64,000 nt of DNA, taken from the NCBI GenBank assembly GCA_002633005.1, contig NMRA01000293.1:295132-359131 (forward strand), read 5' to 3'. Numbering within the stretch: the first letter of the stretch is position 1; the number at the start of each line of letters is the position of its first letter. A model generated the notes under the pieces. That model searched no databases. It had not been told where the DNA came from and saw nothing but the letters and a program-made list of their open reading frames with translations. Both the position numbers and the translations under genes were made by a program. Origin of the DNA: Phoronis australis (Eukaryota > Animalia > Phoronida). Of the stretch, positions 12,101 through 27,100 are shown piece after piece.

Positions 12101-15100
12101 TTGTACACACCTGTAGGTATTTATGACTTGTGTTTAGTTAAATCTTTTGTCCACATTTGTATTAAAGCAGTTAAGTAATTGCATGTTACAACAAACTTTT
12201 CCATCTTTACAGTGTAGTTATTTGTCTTATTATTTTCAAACTGTTCTGTTTTAACACCATTTAAAACTGGTCTAAACTAAACACTTCAATGCCATCAAAC
12301 TGTACTCCACTGTACACAAGACAATCGCAAATATACATCAAAATAGTAAGACATGTACCTTTAACAAAACACTTTAGGTACATATCTGAGACCAGACTAC
12401 AGTGGCCATTAAGATAACTCTTATCTGACAACTGGTCGACGGAGATGCTTCGCTCAAATGTGCTCCTACGCCGTTCAAACCCAGTGAACATGGACTCCGT
12501 CTCTGACACACTGAGGCGCTGTGTGTCTTCCTGAAACTCTGCTGACTCCACACCAAAAGTGTAGTCCTTGACAATGTCCTTGGGATGTTGATACGTGTGC
12601 TCATAGATGAAGCTTCCAGTGATGTGTGACAAGCAACAATGGTACACATAGATGGGTAGGGTAAAACAACCTCGCTCAGGAGATCTATCAGTTTCCTGGT
12701 CAGCCGAACTGTCATTAGCATCCTGCTCAGTGTCTGGGTGGTCGGTTGGCTGGTTTTTCTGAGAAGTGCCAGGCCGTTCCAGGTCAGCTTCAATTTTTGA
12801 AGTTAATGCTTCATCTGACTTCATAACACTATGAGACACTGCATTTCCAGATTCACTTGCTTTCTAAAAATACAAGAAACAAAAAACATGTCATATACAA
12901 TGTAAGGAATATACAACCACAAAAACAAGGTGCATGGATACAAGAGGTTGGAAATCATAAGCCCCTTTGATCAATTCTCAAAATTTAACCAATTTGATCG
13001 CGTGAAATTTGTAAGTTTGCTCTAAGCATGCCAATTTTCGAGTAGACTACAGATAAAAGTTTGGTGGTCACAGGTCAAATTGACGGTCAGTTGCTATAAA
13101 GTTTTGTGGCAAGATGCTTCTACATACCCTGTTTTGGAGTTCCATCATCTCCAGAGCACACAAGAAAAACAGATAATGCTTAAACAATGTTTCGGAAAAT
13201 GATCAATGTTGCAGAAAAAGACAGTATGTTCCAAGACATAGCAACTGATACCTTGCTCACAACCGATTCATTTTTCCAGCACACCTTAATGAGAAATCCT
13301 CTGTTGAAAGCTAATTGTAACTGCCGTAACACGCCTCATGAACAACACAACTCACACACACGTGAGCACAACTCCTCAGTCATGAATACAGCTTACTGAG
13401 CTCACAGGCTTACATCCATTAACAAACATAGGTCATGTACCATAAACATGGCTTTGGAAGCAGTAAAATCATGGCTCACAGACTCACATCCACTAACATA
13501 GCTCATGTACCATAAACATGGATTTGGAACTGGTAAAATCATGGCTTACTGACTCACATCCACTAACATAGCTCATGTACCATAAACATGGATTTGGAAC
13601 TGGTAAAATCATGGCTCACAGACTCACATCCACTAACATAGCTCATGTACCATAAACATGGATTTGGAACTGGTAAAATCATGGCTTACTGACTCACATC
13701 CACTAACATAGCTCATGTACCATAAACATGGATTTGGAAGCAGTAAAATCATGGCTTACTGACTCACATCCACTAACATAGCTCATGTACCATAAACATG
13801 GATTTGGAACTGGTAAAATCATGGCTTACAGACTCACATCCACTAACATAGCTCATGTACCATAAACATGGATTTGGAACTGGTAAAATCATGGCTTACT
13901 GACTCACATCCACTAACAAATGTGACTCATGTACCATAAACATGGTTTTGGAACTAAAAAAATCCCAGCTCACTGGCCTTTACTACCCATACATGCCTTT
14001 GCTAGTGAATGTATCTATGAAGCCTGCTTTTTAATTGCATAAGCCTCGTTCAGTGAGTGTGGGCATGAGCCTGTGAGACAATGAAGTGAGTTTACAGGTT
14101 CACCCCTCAGGCACTATGACAGTCCAATAACACCTCTTACACTACATCACAAAATGGCTGACCTGCGAAGAAACTGGTGACACCTGGTGGGTAGTCTCAG
14201 CTAGTAAAGTCAGGTCATCATATGATGCAGGCATGATGGTGACAATAGCATCAATGGCTGACAGAGACTTCACAAAGCACTTCCAACGTGGCAAGCAATG
14301 GCCCAGCTTCAAGTTTGCTATGTCATATCTTAATCTGCTTGCATTTAGACTGTTCATTGAGGATGATAAATCTTCCGCCTGAGGTAGAACTGACGGAGAG
14401 TTAGACTGGGTCCAGTTGACAGGTTGTGATGCACTTGCAGAAGGTGAGTTGGCACTTGTGTCAACACTCATCTGCCGTAGTGTCTCCTCACTCGTCTGAC
14501 GTGACGCTGTCGACTGCTCACAATAGCCACCTTGATGTCGGCTGTTGATCATTTCCATGAAGGACATCGTCTCTTTTGTGGACAAAGTCAACTCTCGATT
14601 GTGAACACTGTGCAAGCTTTCTGACAACAAGTCGAACAAGATTTTGTTGGATGACTTGACGTCGCTGGGACCTTCTTGCTCTAAAATCAGTGTTGAACAT
14701 ATAGGAAGTGCATGAGGCAAGTCTCAAGTCTGATAAAACACAGAATGCACCCAACTAAATGTTATACAACTTAATAATATGCAGAGGACAGGCTAAGCAG
14801 CACGGGTTAGTAGTTCTTGTTGGTAACGCCCAGTTTTGTGCCACTGTTTAGAAGTGGTGTGCAAGTGGTTTCGGTATGACAAAAACTGAGCACGACACTT
14901 TTGGACATTTTTGTATATTTTTCTAAGCGAAAATATCTGAACTTCTCCATAATGAAAACCAGTTGCCTAGACCCTAAAACTACAACTCTTATAGATTTTT
15001 TGAAACAAATCTGTCCATTTTTTAGAAATGTCACCAAATCAGATACCTTGTATGAAAGATGAGAACAGCAGCTGCACCTGCTGGGACTTTGGTAACAGCT

Positions 15101-18100
15101 TCATGAGATCAAAGGAGTAGGGAATATACTGGACACTAGAGGGAGTGCTATCCTGCTGTGCCTTCTTCCTAGCAGCTATCATTTCATACAGAGTTGGTGT
15201 ATTCCTGCAGTGATAAAGTTTACAAACATGATGTAACCACACGATAAGCAACCATGACTTAGCACACCTGAGAGATAACTCTGATTGACCTCTAGCAGAA
15301 TGGTCCAAGCATCAGTTTTTCTCACCGGATTCTGCAATCAACGTTTGTTTCAATGTTTGTATGTCTTGTCATTTTTTATGTGTCCTGAGGAACTATTATA
15401 GAGCATGACCCCAGCAACTAGCAGAGTCTACATTCAAGTTCAGTGACCAGTCAATTCAGTCTAACGTCTCTCAGCAAACCATCTGATGTAAGATTTTAAT
15501 GGGAAGACAAAACCGTCATTTCTCTAAACATGGGACATGATGTACAAAGGGAGTTCAGGTCTGTACCTACCTTGGAGTTACTGGCTGAGGAACGAGCGAG
15601 GGAGGCTCGTTGAGTTGCGGGGAGGGTACAATCAGTTCCTCCTGGCACATGAGGCTGAGGTGTTCAAAGACTAACATGGTGCCGATACAATCGCTGTCTC
15701 TGGGCAAGAACTGCAACCAGAAATAGACCGGGTGCCCATGTTATCGAAGGTTAAATGTACAATCCAAGTTAAGACGATCATAAGCAGGTTATTCTGAATG
15801 GGACGTTGCATTTGTTTTAGGAGAGCAAAAGCGCAGCAACTAAATGTATCTATAACTTTTGACGTTCCGACTTTAAGTGACCACCTTCACAAACCACGTT
15901 TGAATTGGTGTGGGCAAATTAAAATTAGGAAATCACAAGTTAACACCAACTTAGCTAAAACCGAATTTACAACGTTTGGTAAAACGAAACTTATGTTTTC
16001 AATGGACAAAATCTTGATACAGAACAGTCATCATATTCTGTGTCTGCTCCAGTTAACATTAATGCAGCACATTTTAGAACAAGACAACATAAATCAAAAA
16101 AGTTGTGAGGTGTAGACTGTGACAGGGACAGGTCTAGCACTCTGAACCTAAATGATACACAGAACTTTTTAAGGTGCCTTGGTGATCACTTTTGATTTTA
16201 TTGAGCTGTTCTGGAAATAATTAGCTAAGCTATCAATATTGTATTTTTACTTCTGTCCACATTATTTTAAGAACTGAAATGATGCAGACTTTTATTTTTA
16301 GTTTGCCTTGGCAAAAAGACATCTAGTTATAAAACATTTTATAATCACTGGTTTTATGGAGTTGTTTTGGTAAGAACTAACTACGCTATATTTTTACCAC
16401 CTGCATAAGCTTATTTAAATGTGAATTATTTATAAAAGAGTTTCAAGCTTTGCACTGTTATGTTTCTATAATTTCTGGACTACGGTTACTGAGTTTTTTC
16501 ATATTAAAATTCCATAACAATCTTGTCCCAAGTGTTAAGCGAAAGCTGAATTAAACCAAACCCTGGTTTAGTTGACATATCAGAGTAAACAGCTGATTAC
16601 AAGGACCATCTGATGCTCCTTTGGATTATACAGTGTTATGTATTGTTATCACTGTCAGAAGTTATGGATTCAACAGCATCTGATTGGTCAGTACATAACG
16701 ACCTCTGTCAAGGTGTGTGGTTGGCTTGAATGAAAGATGTTAGTACATGGCTAGCCAGTCAACCTCACCTCACAAAGAAATGTCCTAGTTTGCTTTAGCC
16801 AATCAGAAGATGGAAGAACTAGTATTTATGTAATAACATAAATATGTCTTATACATAAGCCATCAAACATAGACAGCTGACAGCCATGAAAAACAGGAGA
16901 TAAGGTAATGATGATCTCAGAATTTGGAATAGAAAGTTCCATATGGTTTTACAGAATTTTTAATCTAATTCAATCTATAAAAATGTCAGTGGAAAAAATT
17001 CGACGAAAGCCTGGCTTTTTGAGTTCTGCCCATCACAGTGTTTACAAGTTTGAAATGCTAACCAACCAGATGTAAGTAATGGTCAATATTTATGTAAGCT
17101 GAACGTGTTGTCCAAAATGAAAGTCATATTAATTTTTCTTTACTTCATTTTTACATCGCTGTCAATGATGAGAGACATGCTCTTTAATTTTGAAAACTAC
17201 TGAAAAATCTTTATTCATAAAACACTCCCATCAGTTAAAAAGTATCAAATTACAGTCAAGCCTGATTGTTAGTCAATAAGTGGTACTGTTTCCAGTCCCA
17301 TGCAAGGCTTACTATGTCAAGCCGCAAACATCAACCTCAAATACCGTATTCGCTCTAATAACCACCCAGGGCACTTAGAAAATTTTGTTTCAGGGGGGGC
17401 GATTATTGTAACCCAAGGTGGTTGTAACTTGTTCTCCGAAACAAATGAAATCGGAAGTTAAAATTCATCATGTTTACGCTCTGTGACGTATCTGTAATCT
17501 ACGAAAGACTTTCTACAAAATCATGGTGCATTGCCATCAAACTTTGCTGATAAATTACGATCATTTTACAGAAAATTGTACTGAAATCCCAGGGCCAAAA
17601 CTCACCGACCGACTGCCACATAATCGTCAATATGGCGACTTGAATGCTTGAATAAAAATAGTTTCGACTCGACAAATTACCTAAAATCCTCCTGAAGTTT
17701 TCCAATGGTGTCCCTAAGATTTTTAAGCTCCCGTTGAGTCGTAATTAGCAGCAGGTACAAATCTGTGCTACATCGTGCCATTTATGATCGGCAACACAAG
17801 AAAAATCTCTGGACAAACAGACATGCTGCTATCATGTGACGTTTGTTTTGAACTTCGTGTGCGTTTGTGAATAAGCGAGCACGTGCATGTCACCAGAGTT
17901 CATTTGCCAGAGCAGAGACTGTCTTTGGACAGAATAAACACAATCTAACGAGCTACATGTGCTTTGTATCTAAAGAAATTAGCACAAGCAGTAGGCGTAA
18001 AGCAGAACGAGTTTCATTTAGCACTTGCCGGTCTTGTGCTAAAAACGTTCAACATTTGTCTCGGTGAGGCCCATCTTATTAGTTGCCGTGTGGCTGGATG

Positions 18101-21100
18101 CGTATGTAACTACCTGACAGGGTGTGTAAGCATTCACTGTCAGTGGTCATTTTGTCAGATATTTGGCTTAAAAACACCAATTATGATTAATCAAACAATC
18201 CCCCTTAAAATAACGCAAACATTTTTAAAGTATTAGAACCTGTCAGAAATTAGTGATAATATTCATTTCTTGCCGATGCTATGCTTCCCGTTTCATGAAT
18301 GGATAGTTCCCGGCTAATGTCTTTGATGATAGGTACATGTATGTAGTGCGCGTTTCCTGGCCACGTGCTTTTAACACTGCCCAAGTTTTTTATTAGTCTT
18401 CGATTTGCGGTTTTCACGTATACAAAGAAATTTGAATTTCTGTTGAAAGCAGGAAATATCTACAATACAATCCCGTTAGCAAGTATACTACGTATGTTCT
18501 TAAAGGCAAGACCATAGTGAGACACATTCCTTGCAAGATCAGCAAAACTTTTGTGTTCGTTTTGGGGCTCGGCGGCCGGAAGTTGGAAGTGTATAGTCAC
18601 GGCTAAATACCGACATAGCGGCGAGGCTCGTGGTCAACAAATTCCGCACACAATGAATTTTTTCAGGACTGTCAGATATTATTGAAGACATTACTGGAGA
18701 ATTTTAGGACTGTAGGTAAGGCATTTTTCGCATGTACACATTCAAGGACTGGGTGCTTATTTTAGCAAGTCTGAAAACGTGTGGGGGAGCACGGGCAGTT
18801 ATTAGGGCGAATACGGTAAATCAAGCTAGCCACGGTAATCTTTTTTTTGAAGTAGCCATGGAGCTAAAGGCGAAGGCAACCTTTTTTCATGTCATTTTTA
18901 ACAAAAATAAGGTTCGTTGATTATCCCAGACATATTTTTCACTTATTTACTGCTTTTCGTAATTTTATTAAATATTCGTAGTCTACTCCGGAAGTGAAGT
19001 TTTGGGAGGCAAGAATTCTGCGCCAATTTCTTTTCATATAGTCTGACTGTGAGAGCTCTTGAGTCAGTCATTGTTCTACCTCGGTTGTGATAAGTTCGGT
19101 CGTCGTTTGCTTTTGCTTACGAGTCAGTTAACATGCCATGCTGTTGCAGCGTACTGGGGCGTACTCATTATCGTCTCACATACAGAGGAAGAACTGTCCC
19201 ACTTGCCGAGTGTCCCACGACACACTCCCACTGGAGGGTGATCTGAGCACCCAAACTGCTTACATCCCGCCGTGTGACTCCCTCACCACACACCTGGCAC
19301 CTTCCAAATAGCTCCAACACAAGTTCACAATAAACTTATCAAACTTAGGCTAACCGATCTGTTCATTGGATGACGAACTGTTCTCTTCACTGGGTGTATG
19401 GGCCTGTATTCACCCCCACTACTCAACATCGCTGCAGGGCTGCTTACAGGCTCTGGACTAGAGACAACAGCACAGGGCGAATCACTGCTAGTTCCCGGAA
19501 TTGCACGCAATGGGGTACGTTTGGAGGCACGGGTGACAGTAGATGAAGTGCCTCCAGTCACTGTATATAGTGGCCACAGCTCGCGAGGCTTCTCGCTTCA
19601 AAAACTCACTTCTCGGGGTTGGCGACGGGGCACTGCCGGGAATCAACAACGACGGTATGGTACCCTTCTTCAGGCGTTGTTTCACAGGGACCGCCATCAA
19701 TTCAGCGTACATATCTGTCATAATCTGATGGCAGAAAATGCTTGCCACACACTCGGTAACCCTCCACTGCTTTGTACGTTGCGTGGACGGGTAGCGCTGC
19801 GTTCTTCACATGAACGAGCTAGCCAAGGACGGCAAAGTGTGTCATCCTTTGGAAAGCGACGCAAGGTACCCAAAGCGCGTGTGAGACGATACTGAGTACA
19901 TCCCAGCACGCAGCAACAGCGTGGCATGTTGACTAACTTGTAAACAAAAGCAAACGACGACCGAACTTATCACAACTGAAGTAGAGCAATGACTGACTTG
20001 ACAGCTCTCACAGTCAGACTATAGCGAAAAGAAATTGGCGCGAAACTCTTGCCTCCCAAAACGTTACTTCCGGAGTAGAGGACGAGAAATTAATCAAATT
20101 ACGAAAAGCTGTAATTAAGTGAAAAATGTGTCTGGGATAATCAACGAACCTTATTTTTATTAAAAGTGACATGAAAAAAGGTTGCCTTTGCCTTTAATAC
20201 GTGTATTTAGGAATCGTGACACGCCTTATTAAAGAACCAAAACAAAATATTCCACTAAAGACAATAACCAAAACAAATTTGGTTTAGAAACTTAGATGGC
20301 ATTACATGGGGATTTAAATACAAAATAATTCCTTCATCTAGCTTAATTTGTTTATGATCCACAAAAACTATGTTATGTCTGAACAGTTCTTAATTTAATG
20401 CCAACTTTTAAAACTAGACCAAGGAAGAAGCGTCAGGCTATACAGATGGAGAAAACAACTTTTAAGGCATTAGACAAAATAAGATTCCTTATAGGGCCAT
20501 CTTGTGTTACCATGAGACTTCTATAACTTCAGGCAGAATCAGCATCACTTACATCTGCTAAGACTCCATATACTAGATACACAAAGTTCTCAAATCAAGC
20601 ACTATGACTTAAATATGACTACTCATATATTGTCCAAAATCAAAAAAAAATATATTTAGAAAATCTGGATTTCAAGTGACTTAAGGACAATTCACACTTA
20701 TCGCTATTTTCACAAGCACATAAACCATATACTTTTGCGACAAACAATTCCCTGACAATAAAAAGCGGAAAACAACATACTTTCCCAACCCACCTCAGAG
20801 AAGTTAGGGTAGAGCAAGGGGAAAACAATTAAGGACAGCCTTAACTCAACCACAAGTGATGGTCACTGGCAAAATCACATATTTCTGCACAACGCATGTA
20901 GGCTTCAAATGAGAACACTTGTGGTATCTTGACAAATAGATAGTATAGAGATTTGTAAATGCTTTTTTAACAAATCAAAAAATAAATCACATCTTGGGTT
21001 GTTTCATGAAAAAGACTATGATTTTTTATTTAGATGACTTTTTATTTTACCGATTGATTGAACTTGCAAACGCACTTGAGACTGTATCCTGAAGTGTTTT

Positions 21101-24100
21101 GTTCTCCAAATCAAGAATGCTGAGTCTTTCTGATGAGTTCTGTGCCGGTGTCATTGCCAACACAAACATAACAATGTGTACACGCGATGTGTTGGTACTT
21201 GTATTTTTAGTGAACTGATCCTGGCTCTTTAGACATTACTGATACAGGTCACAACTGGAATCACTCAACATTTTCAACTGGCTTCATTTTTAGAAAAAGC
21301 AGGAAGAAATTGGTGCGTAGTCTTGCGATACGGGTCGTACATCCTGTTGGCTGTAGATGGATAATGGCAATATTTCTGCTATTGGCTGTTTCATCAAAAA
21401 ATAAAACTGCGCCTAGGACAGAAAATTTGGGAAGTATTGTCTCCTAGATAGAACTTATCTGTCAAATTTTCTAAAAATTGAAGAAGTGACTTGGTAGAAA
21501 ATAAAATACAAATACAAAAACAAAAATTGCCACAGTGGCATACAGCACTTGTCAGGTATGTTCAAGGTATCACATCATCTTCATACTTTGGGATAAATCT
21601 GCCAAATTTCATGAAAGTCCTGCAAGTGGATAAGGAGATACAGCAGTGGACAACGGCGGTCGGACGAGATGACGACAATATGCACCCACACACTTGTAGA
21701 CATAAAAGTAAGAAAAATCCATCTGCAGTTTGAAAGCCTCCACCAGATGGGGCTCTATAGCTGTACTGGTAAGCAACACTTCAAAGATGGACAATTAATG
21801 AAGATAAATGATGAATTCACTAGACAGGATCAAGCAACACATATGTATGAAATGCTCATTTATATTGTCACTAACAGTGACCAATTTCTCCTTTACGTAT
21901 TTTACAGTATTTTTGTCCATGTGAAGAGCATTATGGATTCACCTTAGTCTCACAGTACTTTTTTTCAGGACCGAAATTGAATTTCAAAGATGTCTTTACA
22001 TAAACAAAATAGTGTCAGTTAGCTCTTCTACTTGAATCATTCTCACATCTTCAAAAGATTGTTAATGCTACATACAAATCAATTTATCCAGTGAATGACA
22101 AGACATAATTTCCCAAATTTCGAGAACAATTGAGATTAATATCAAGTGTATGACAATGACTGGTAGCTGTGCACTAAAAGAGCTCCAAACATTTTACTTG
22201 ATAGAACAGAAACTGACTCTTGTAAGTGACCCGGCTTAGAATCTGTGCTCACAGAACCTCTCAAAGAGCCACTATAAATCTGCCCACCGTCACAAAAACT
22301 TTTGCTTCAGACAACTTCCTATTCTGAAATTAGTTTTAAATTATACCTTAATTAAAGAAGAAGTGGTTCCAGGATTTCAATATAGAACTGGCGTTTTGTT
22401 ACTGCCTCAAACCAGTGGACTTGCCATGGAAGATCATTTTGTTACAGCCTCAAACCAGTGGACTTGTCATTGCAGATCATTTTGTTACTGCCTCAAATCA
22501 GTGGACTTGCCATGGAAGATCATTTTGTTACAGCCTCAAACCAGTGGACTTGTCATTGCAGATCATTTTGTTACTGCCTCAGACCAGTGGACTTGTCATT
22601 GCAGATCATTTTGTTACTGCCTCAGACCAGTGGACTTGTCATGGCAGATCACTTTATAAGCAGAGTCTTGAGGAATAACATATTGTCAGGTAGGTCTTTC
22701 CAAACCCAGAAATCAATTCTCACCCAAGTAAGGAAACAGTTGAGGACAATTTTATAGCCGTAAGTGGCGTCGATCAAAAGTTGGCTTCTTAGACAGAGCG
22801 CAGGTTTAAAGCCGTTTTAAATTCCAATCAGCCACCTAGTAAAAATTTTGGTAGATGTTTTAATAAAAAATCAAGAATAAGCTGATGTACATAGTATGGT
22901 TTTTGATTTTTAACATTGATGTGAATAAATAAGCTAAAAACTACAAACATTGGTTACATAATGAAGATAAATAACCGTGCGCATTGATATACTCAGAGGA
23001 TTTACAAATGCTAATCACAATTAACAATACCCTGAACTACATTAGTACAATTAGAAACAACACAAGAAACCGAATTAGATGTCAATAGTGTTTTGACAGC
23101 ACTTATTGCCCAGTCATGTCAAAGTACTTTATTCGAGGAATAGCACATTAACTGGAAAACTGTGGTATTTGGTAATCAGCTGGCGATGAAACACACGTTA
23201 AGTAGATTAACTATGACTAGTTCCACAGTCAAAGAGAAAATCCAAGCAATAGATGAAGTGGGTCGGTGGGCGAGAGCTAACTTCTAAGTTTCACTGACAA
23301 TCAAAATCTGCCACTGGTTTGGCACATTAAGCTTAAAAATAAAATTTAAAGATAGCAACCCGGAAGTAAACAAAACAAATTAGACTGGAGTATTCAAAAA
23401 ATGATGAAAACAGTTTTGAAACATATTCAAAACCAACTATCGTTTGGGAAATGGCCCTTTGTCAAGATGAATTCAAGTTTCTGTTTTTACTTTATTTATC
23501 TAAAACGTCATCAAATCCATACCTTTGACGTCTCAGGCTGTAACTGTGCAAATGTCACAGAAAACAAATTTTGGTTGAAAAACAACCACCACTATTGAGA
23601 AAGTAGTGTTAGGGATTACCTTTCCTTTTCATTAGCTGAATAGGCCACAAAAATTGTCTGAGGACAAAGGGAATCTCAGTGGTTATCAGTGTAAGCCAGA
23701 TATTCTCTACATGGATGGCAATTTTGCCCTCTTTCCAGTGATTCTTGAACTTTGCACGGTTAATATTGCCTATTTCTAGAATTTAGGACAAGCTCCGACT
23801 ATGAGCAAAATAATTAATTTTCCACTGTACCAAATTGGAGAATTTTTACCATACTATGTCTTTGAAACGATTTCAGTACATTATCAACTAATACAGATAA
23901 AAATGGTTGTCTTTTTTCAAGGTTTTCTTACATCATTGTGACTGCCCATTTTTTCTGTGATGATGGCCACGATACCTAACTTGAACATGGCAAAGCATTT
24001 ATTTGGTGTAATGAATCATAATCAAAAATTAAAGAGAAAACAAGAGTAACACGAAGTGTTGAAATGCGCCCACGAATGCACCATGTTTATTTATATAAAA

Positions 24101-27100
24101 AAATGGCCACTAGATGGCACAAAATATGTCAAATCCATCTGCAAACGTTTCTTTGATAGAAAGCAAATTTTGTAAAAATCCGTGAAGGAACTTCAGGGAA
24201 ACAGAGGAAAACGTAAAATGATGAAATTGCCACCGAGGGGCACAGCGTTCCACGAATCCATCTGAAAGTTGTCATCCATTGTCAAATACACATATTATGC
24301 AGTTGCTTTAGGAAAAGCACCTATGGGTGCAAAAAAACTGCCACTAGGAGGCGCCACAGAAGTCAAAATTGGAATATCACCGTCAATTACAATCATCCTC
24401 AGAGTCAGGTTCGGTTGATAGAGGGACGGACGCCAAAAACAAGCCATTAGATGGAATAAAATATGTATAATCTACACAAATATAGGAACATGTCATCGTG
24501 TCATTAATAGAAAGCTATATACCAAATTTAATAAAAATCCATCAAAGAACTTCAGAGAAACAGAGGCAAATGTCAAAAAATTAAATTGCCACTAGGGGCA
24601 CAGCGTTCCTCAGATTCCTCTGAAAGTCACAGTGGTCCGTTGCCAACTTCATATAAATACATTTGCTAAATTTAATACAGATCCTGTAGTGGGTTTAGGA
24701 AATACATTCATGAGCCCAAAAAAACAAAACTGTGACCAGCCAGTGCCAAAGTAGTCAAAGTCATCAGAAAATTATCGTCAATTGTCCTCTTCTTCACACA
24801 TGCCAATTTTCATCCTTAAAGTGGTCTGCTTTAAAGAGGGGCGGACGCCAAAAAACATTCAAAAACACTCAAAATGGCCACTAGGTGGCCCCAAAAAACC
24901 CCGAATCCATCCAAAAACAGGAGTATGGCATCATCTCATTAATACATGCTTATGTGCAAAATTTCAGGAAAATCNCATTTATTTGGTGTAATAAATCATA
25001 ATCAAAAATTAAAGAGAAAACAAGAGTAACACGAAGTGTTGAAATGCGCCCAGGAATGCACCATGTTTATTTATATCAAAAAATGGCCACTAGATGGCAC
25101 AAAATATGTCAAATCCATCTGCAAACGTTTCTTTAATAAAAAGCAAATTTTGTAGAAATCCGTGAAGGAACTTCAGGGAAACGGAGGAAAACGTAAAATG
25201 ATGAAATTGCCACCGAGGGGCACAGCGTTCCACGAATCCATCTGAAAGTTGTCATCCATTGTCAAATACACATATTATGCAGTTGGTTTAGGAAAAGCAC
25301 CTATGGGTGCAAAAAAACTGCCACTAGGAGGCGCCACAGAAGTCAAAATTGGAATATCACATTCAATTACAATCATCCTCAGAGTCAGGTTCGGTTGATA
25401 GAGGGACATACGCCAAAAACAAGCCATTAGATGGAATAAAATATGTATAATCTACACAAATATAGGAACATGTCATCGTGTCATTAATAGAAAGCTATAT
25501 ACCAAATTTAATAAAAATCCATCAAAGAACTTCAGAGAAACAGAGGCAAATGTCAAAAAATTAAATTGCCACTAGGGGCACAGCGTTCCTCAGATTCCTC
25601 TGAAAGTCACAGTGGTCCGTTGCCAACTTCATATAAATACATTTGCTAAATTTAATACAGATCCTGTAGTGGGTTTAGGAAATACATTCATGAGCCCAAA
25701 AAAACAAAACTGTGACCAGCCAGTGCCAAAGTAGTCAAAGTCATCAGAAAATTATCGTCAATTGTCCTCTTCTTCACACATGCCAATTTTCATCCTTAAA
25801 GTGGTCTGGTTTAAAGAGGGGCGGACGCCAAAAAACATTCAAAAACACTCAAAATGGCCACTAGGTGGCCCCAAAAAACCCCGAATCCATCCAAAAACAG
25901 GAGTATGGCATCATCTCATTAATACATGCTTATGTGCAAAATTTCAGGAAAATCCGTTGAGAACCTTTGAATAACAGACATAAATGTAAAAAACTAAAAT
26001 TGCCACTAGGAGCTACACCAGTAGTTGGATCCGCCTGAAAGTCATTGTCTATTGATAACTTCATATAAATTTACTTGCTAATTTTAATAGGGATACTGCA
26101 GTGGGTTTAGGAGATAAAGCTACTGGCACAAAAAAATGCCATTAGGAGATGCCACACTAGTCAAAGTTGTCGGAAAATCGTCAACTGTCCTCTTCACACA
26201 AGGACATATATATGCCATTCGAAATCATCTTTAGAGTGGTTTGGTTGATAGAGGGTTGGACACTAAAAAACTCGATAACAGTAAAAATGGCCATTAGGTG
26301 GTGCAAAATACCTCGAATCTATCCGAAAATGGGAGGATAGCGTTGTTTTAATAACAGATACCTAAGTGCCAAATTTCATGAAAATCCCTGGAGGAACTTT
26401 GAAGATACAAATGTTAATGTACAAAACTAAAATGGCCACTAGGGGGCACATCAGTAGTCCGATCCATCTGAACTTCAATGTCATCTGTCATCAGTGTAAT
26501 GGGAACACATCTGCCAAATCTCATCAAGATCCTGTGAGGGGTTTAGGAGATACAGCTGCGGAAACCGGAAGGACACCCACGCAGAAATGACGGCAAAATG
26601 CACACACATATATGTGGGCGCATAAAATTTCCGTTGTCCACCATGTTCATATTTCTTCAAGGCCTGTTTGTGTTTTCAATCTGCAGAGAGAGAAATTTTG
26701 CCATCTTTCCGATGATCTTTGAATTTGGGACAGTTAATATTGCCTATTTCTAGAATTTATGACAAGCTTCGACCTCGAGCAAAATAATTAATTTTCCACA
26801 GTCCCAAATTGGAGAATTTTTACCATACTATGGGTTCGAAACGATTTCAGTACATTATCACCCATTACAGATAAAAATGGTTCGTCTTTTTCAAGGTTTT
26901 CTTCCGTAGTTGTGACTGCCCAGAATTTTTCATTCTTTTGTATGATGGCCATGATACCAAACTTGAACATGGTAAAGCATTTATTTGCTGTAATTCATCT
27001 TTAAACAAAAAAGAGAAAATAAAATTTCCGTTGTCCACCATATCCAGAGTTATCCAAGGCCTCTTCTGACCTCTTGCGATAATGAGTTTGAAGTTAGCCA

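Larger units (their letters stand above)
23720..27062. repeat. Dimer of a ~400-bp repeat; the first unit is interrupted by the HINE-like element
   Basis: 23720-24038 plus 26626-26660 aligns to 26693-27062 (gttaatattgcctatttctagaattt...gagcaaaataattaattttccac...aaaatttccgttgtccacc). Confidence 0.8.

Noticed and set aside
13105-13135. tggcaagatgc resembling the miR-31 seed
   Set aside because: The 3' part does not match and there is no convincing precursor hairpin.
19398-19895. 165-aa plus-strand ORF
   Set aside because: Antisense to the decayed THAP sequence; no recognisable domain.
22363-22757. Cys/His-rich ORFs ([11 protein letters not shown]) resembling zinc fingers
   Set aside because: Translations of the 43-bp minisatellite in all three frames.
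23996-25954. 979-bp tandem duplication (and twin ORFs 24782-24991 / 25762-25974) as a real duplication
   Set aside because: The copies are separated by exactly one N and differ only by allele-level substitutions, typical of an unmerged haplotype overlap at a contig join. The ORFs are repeat-derived.
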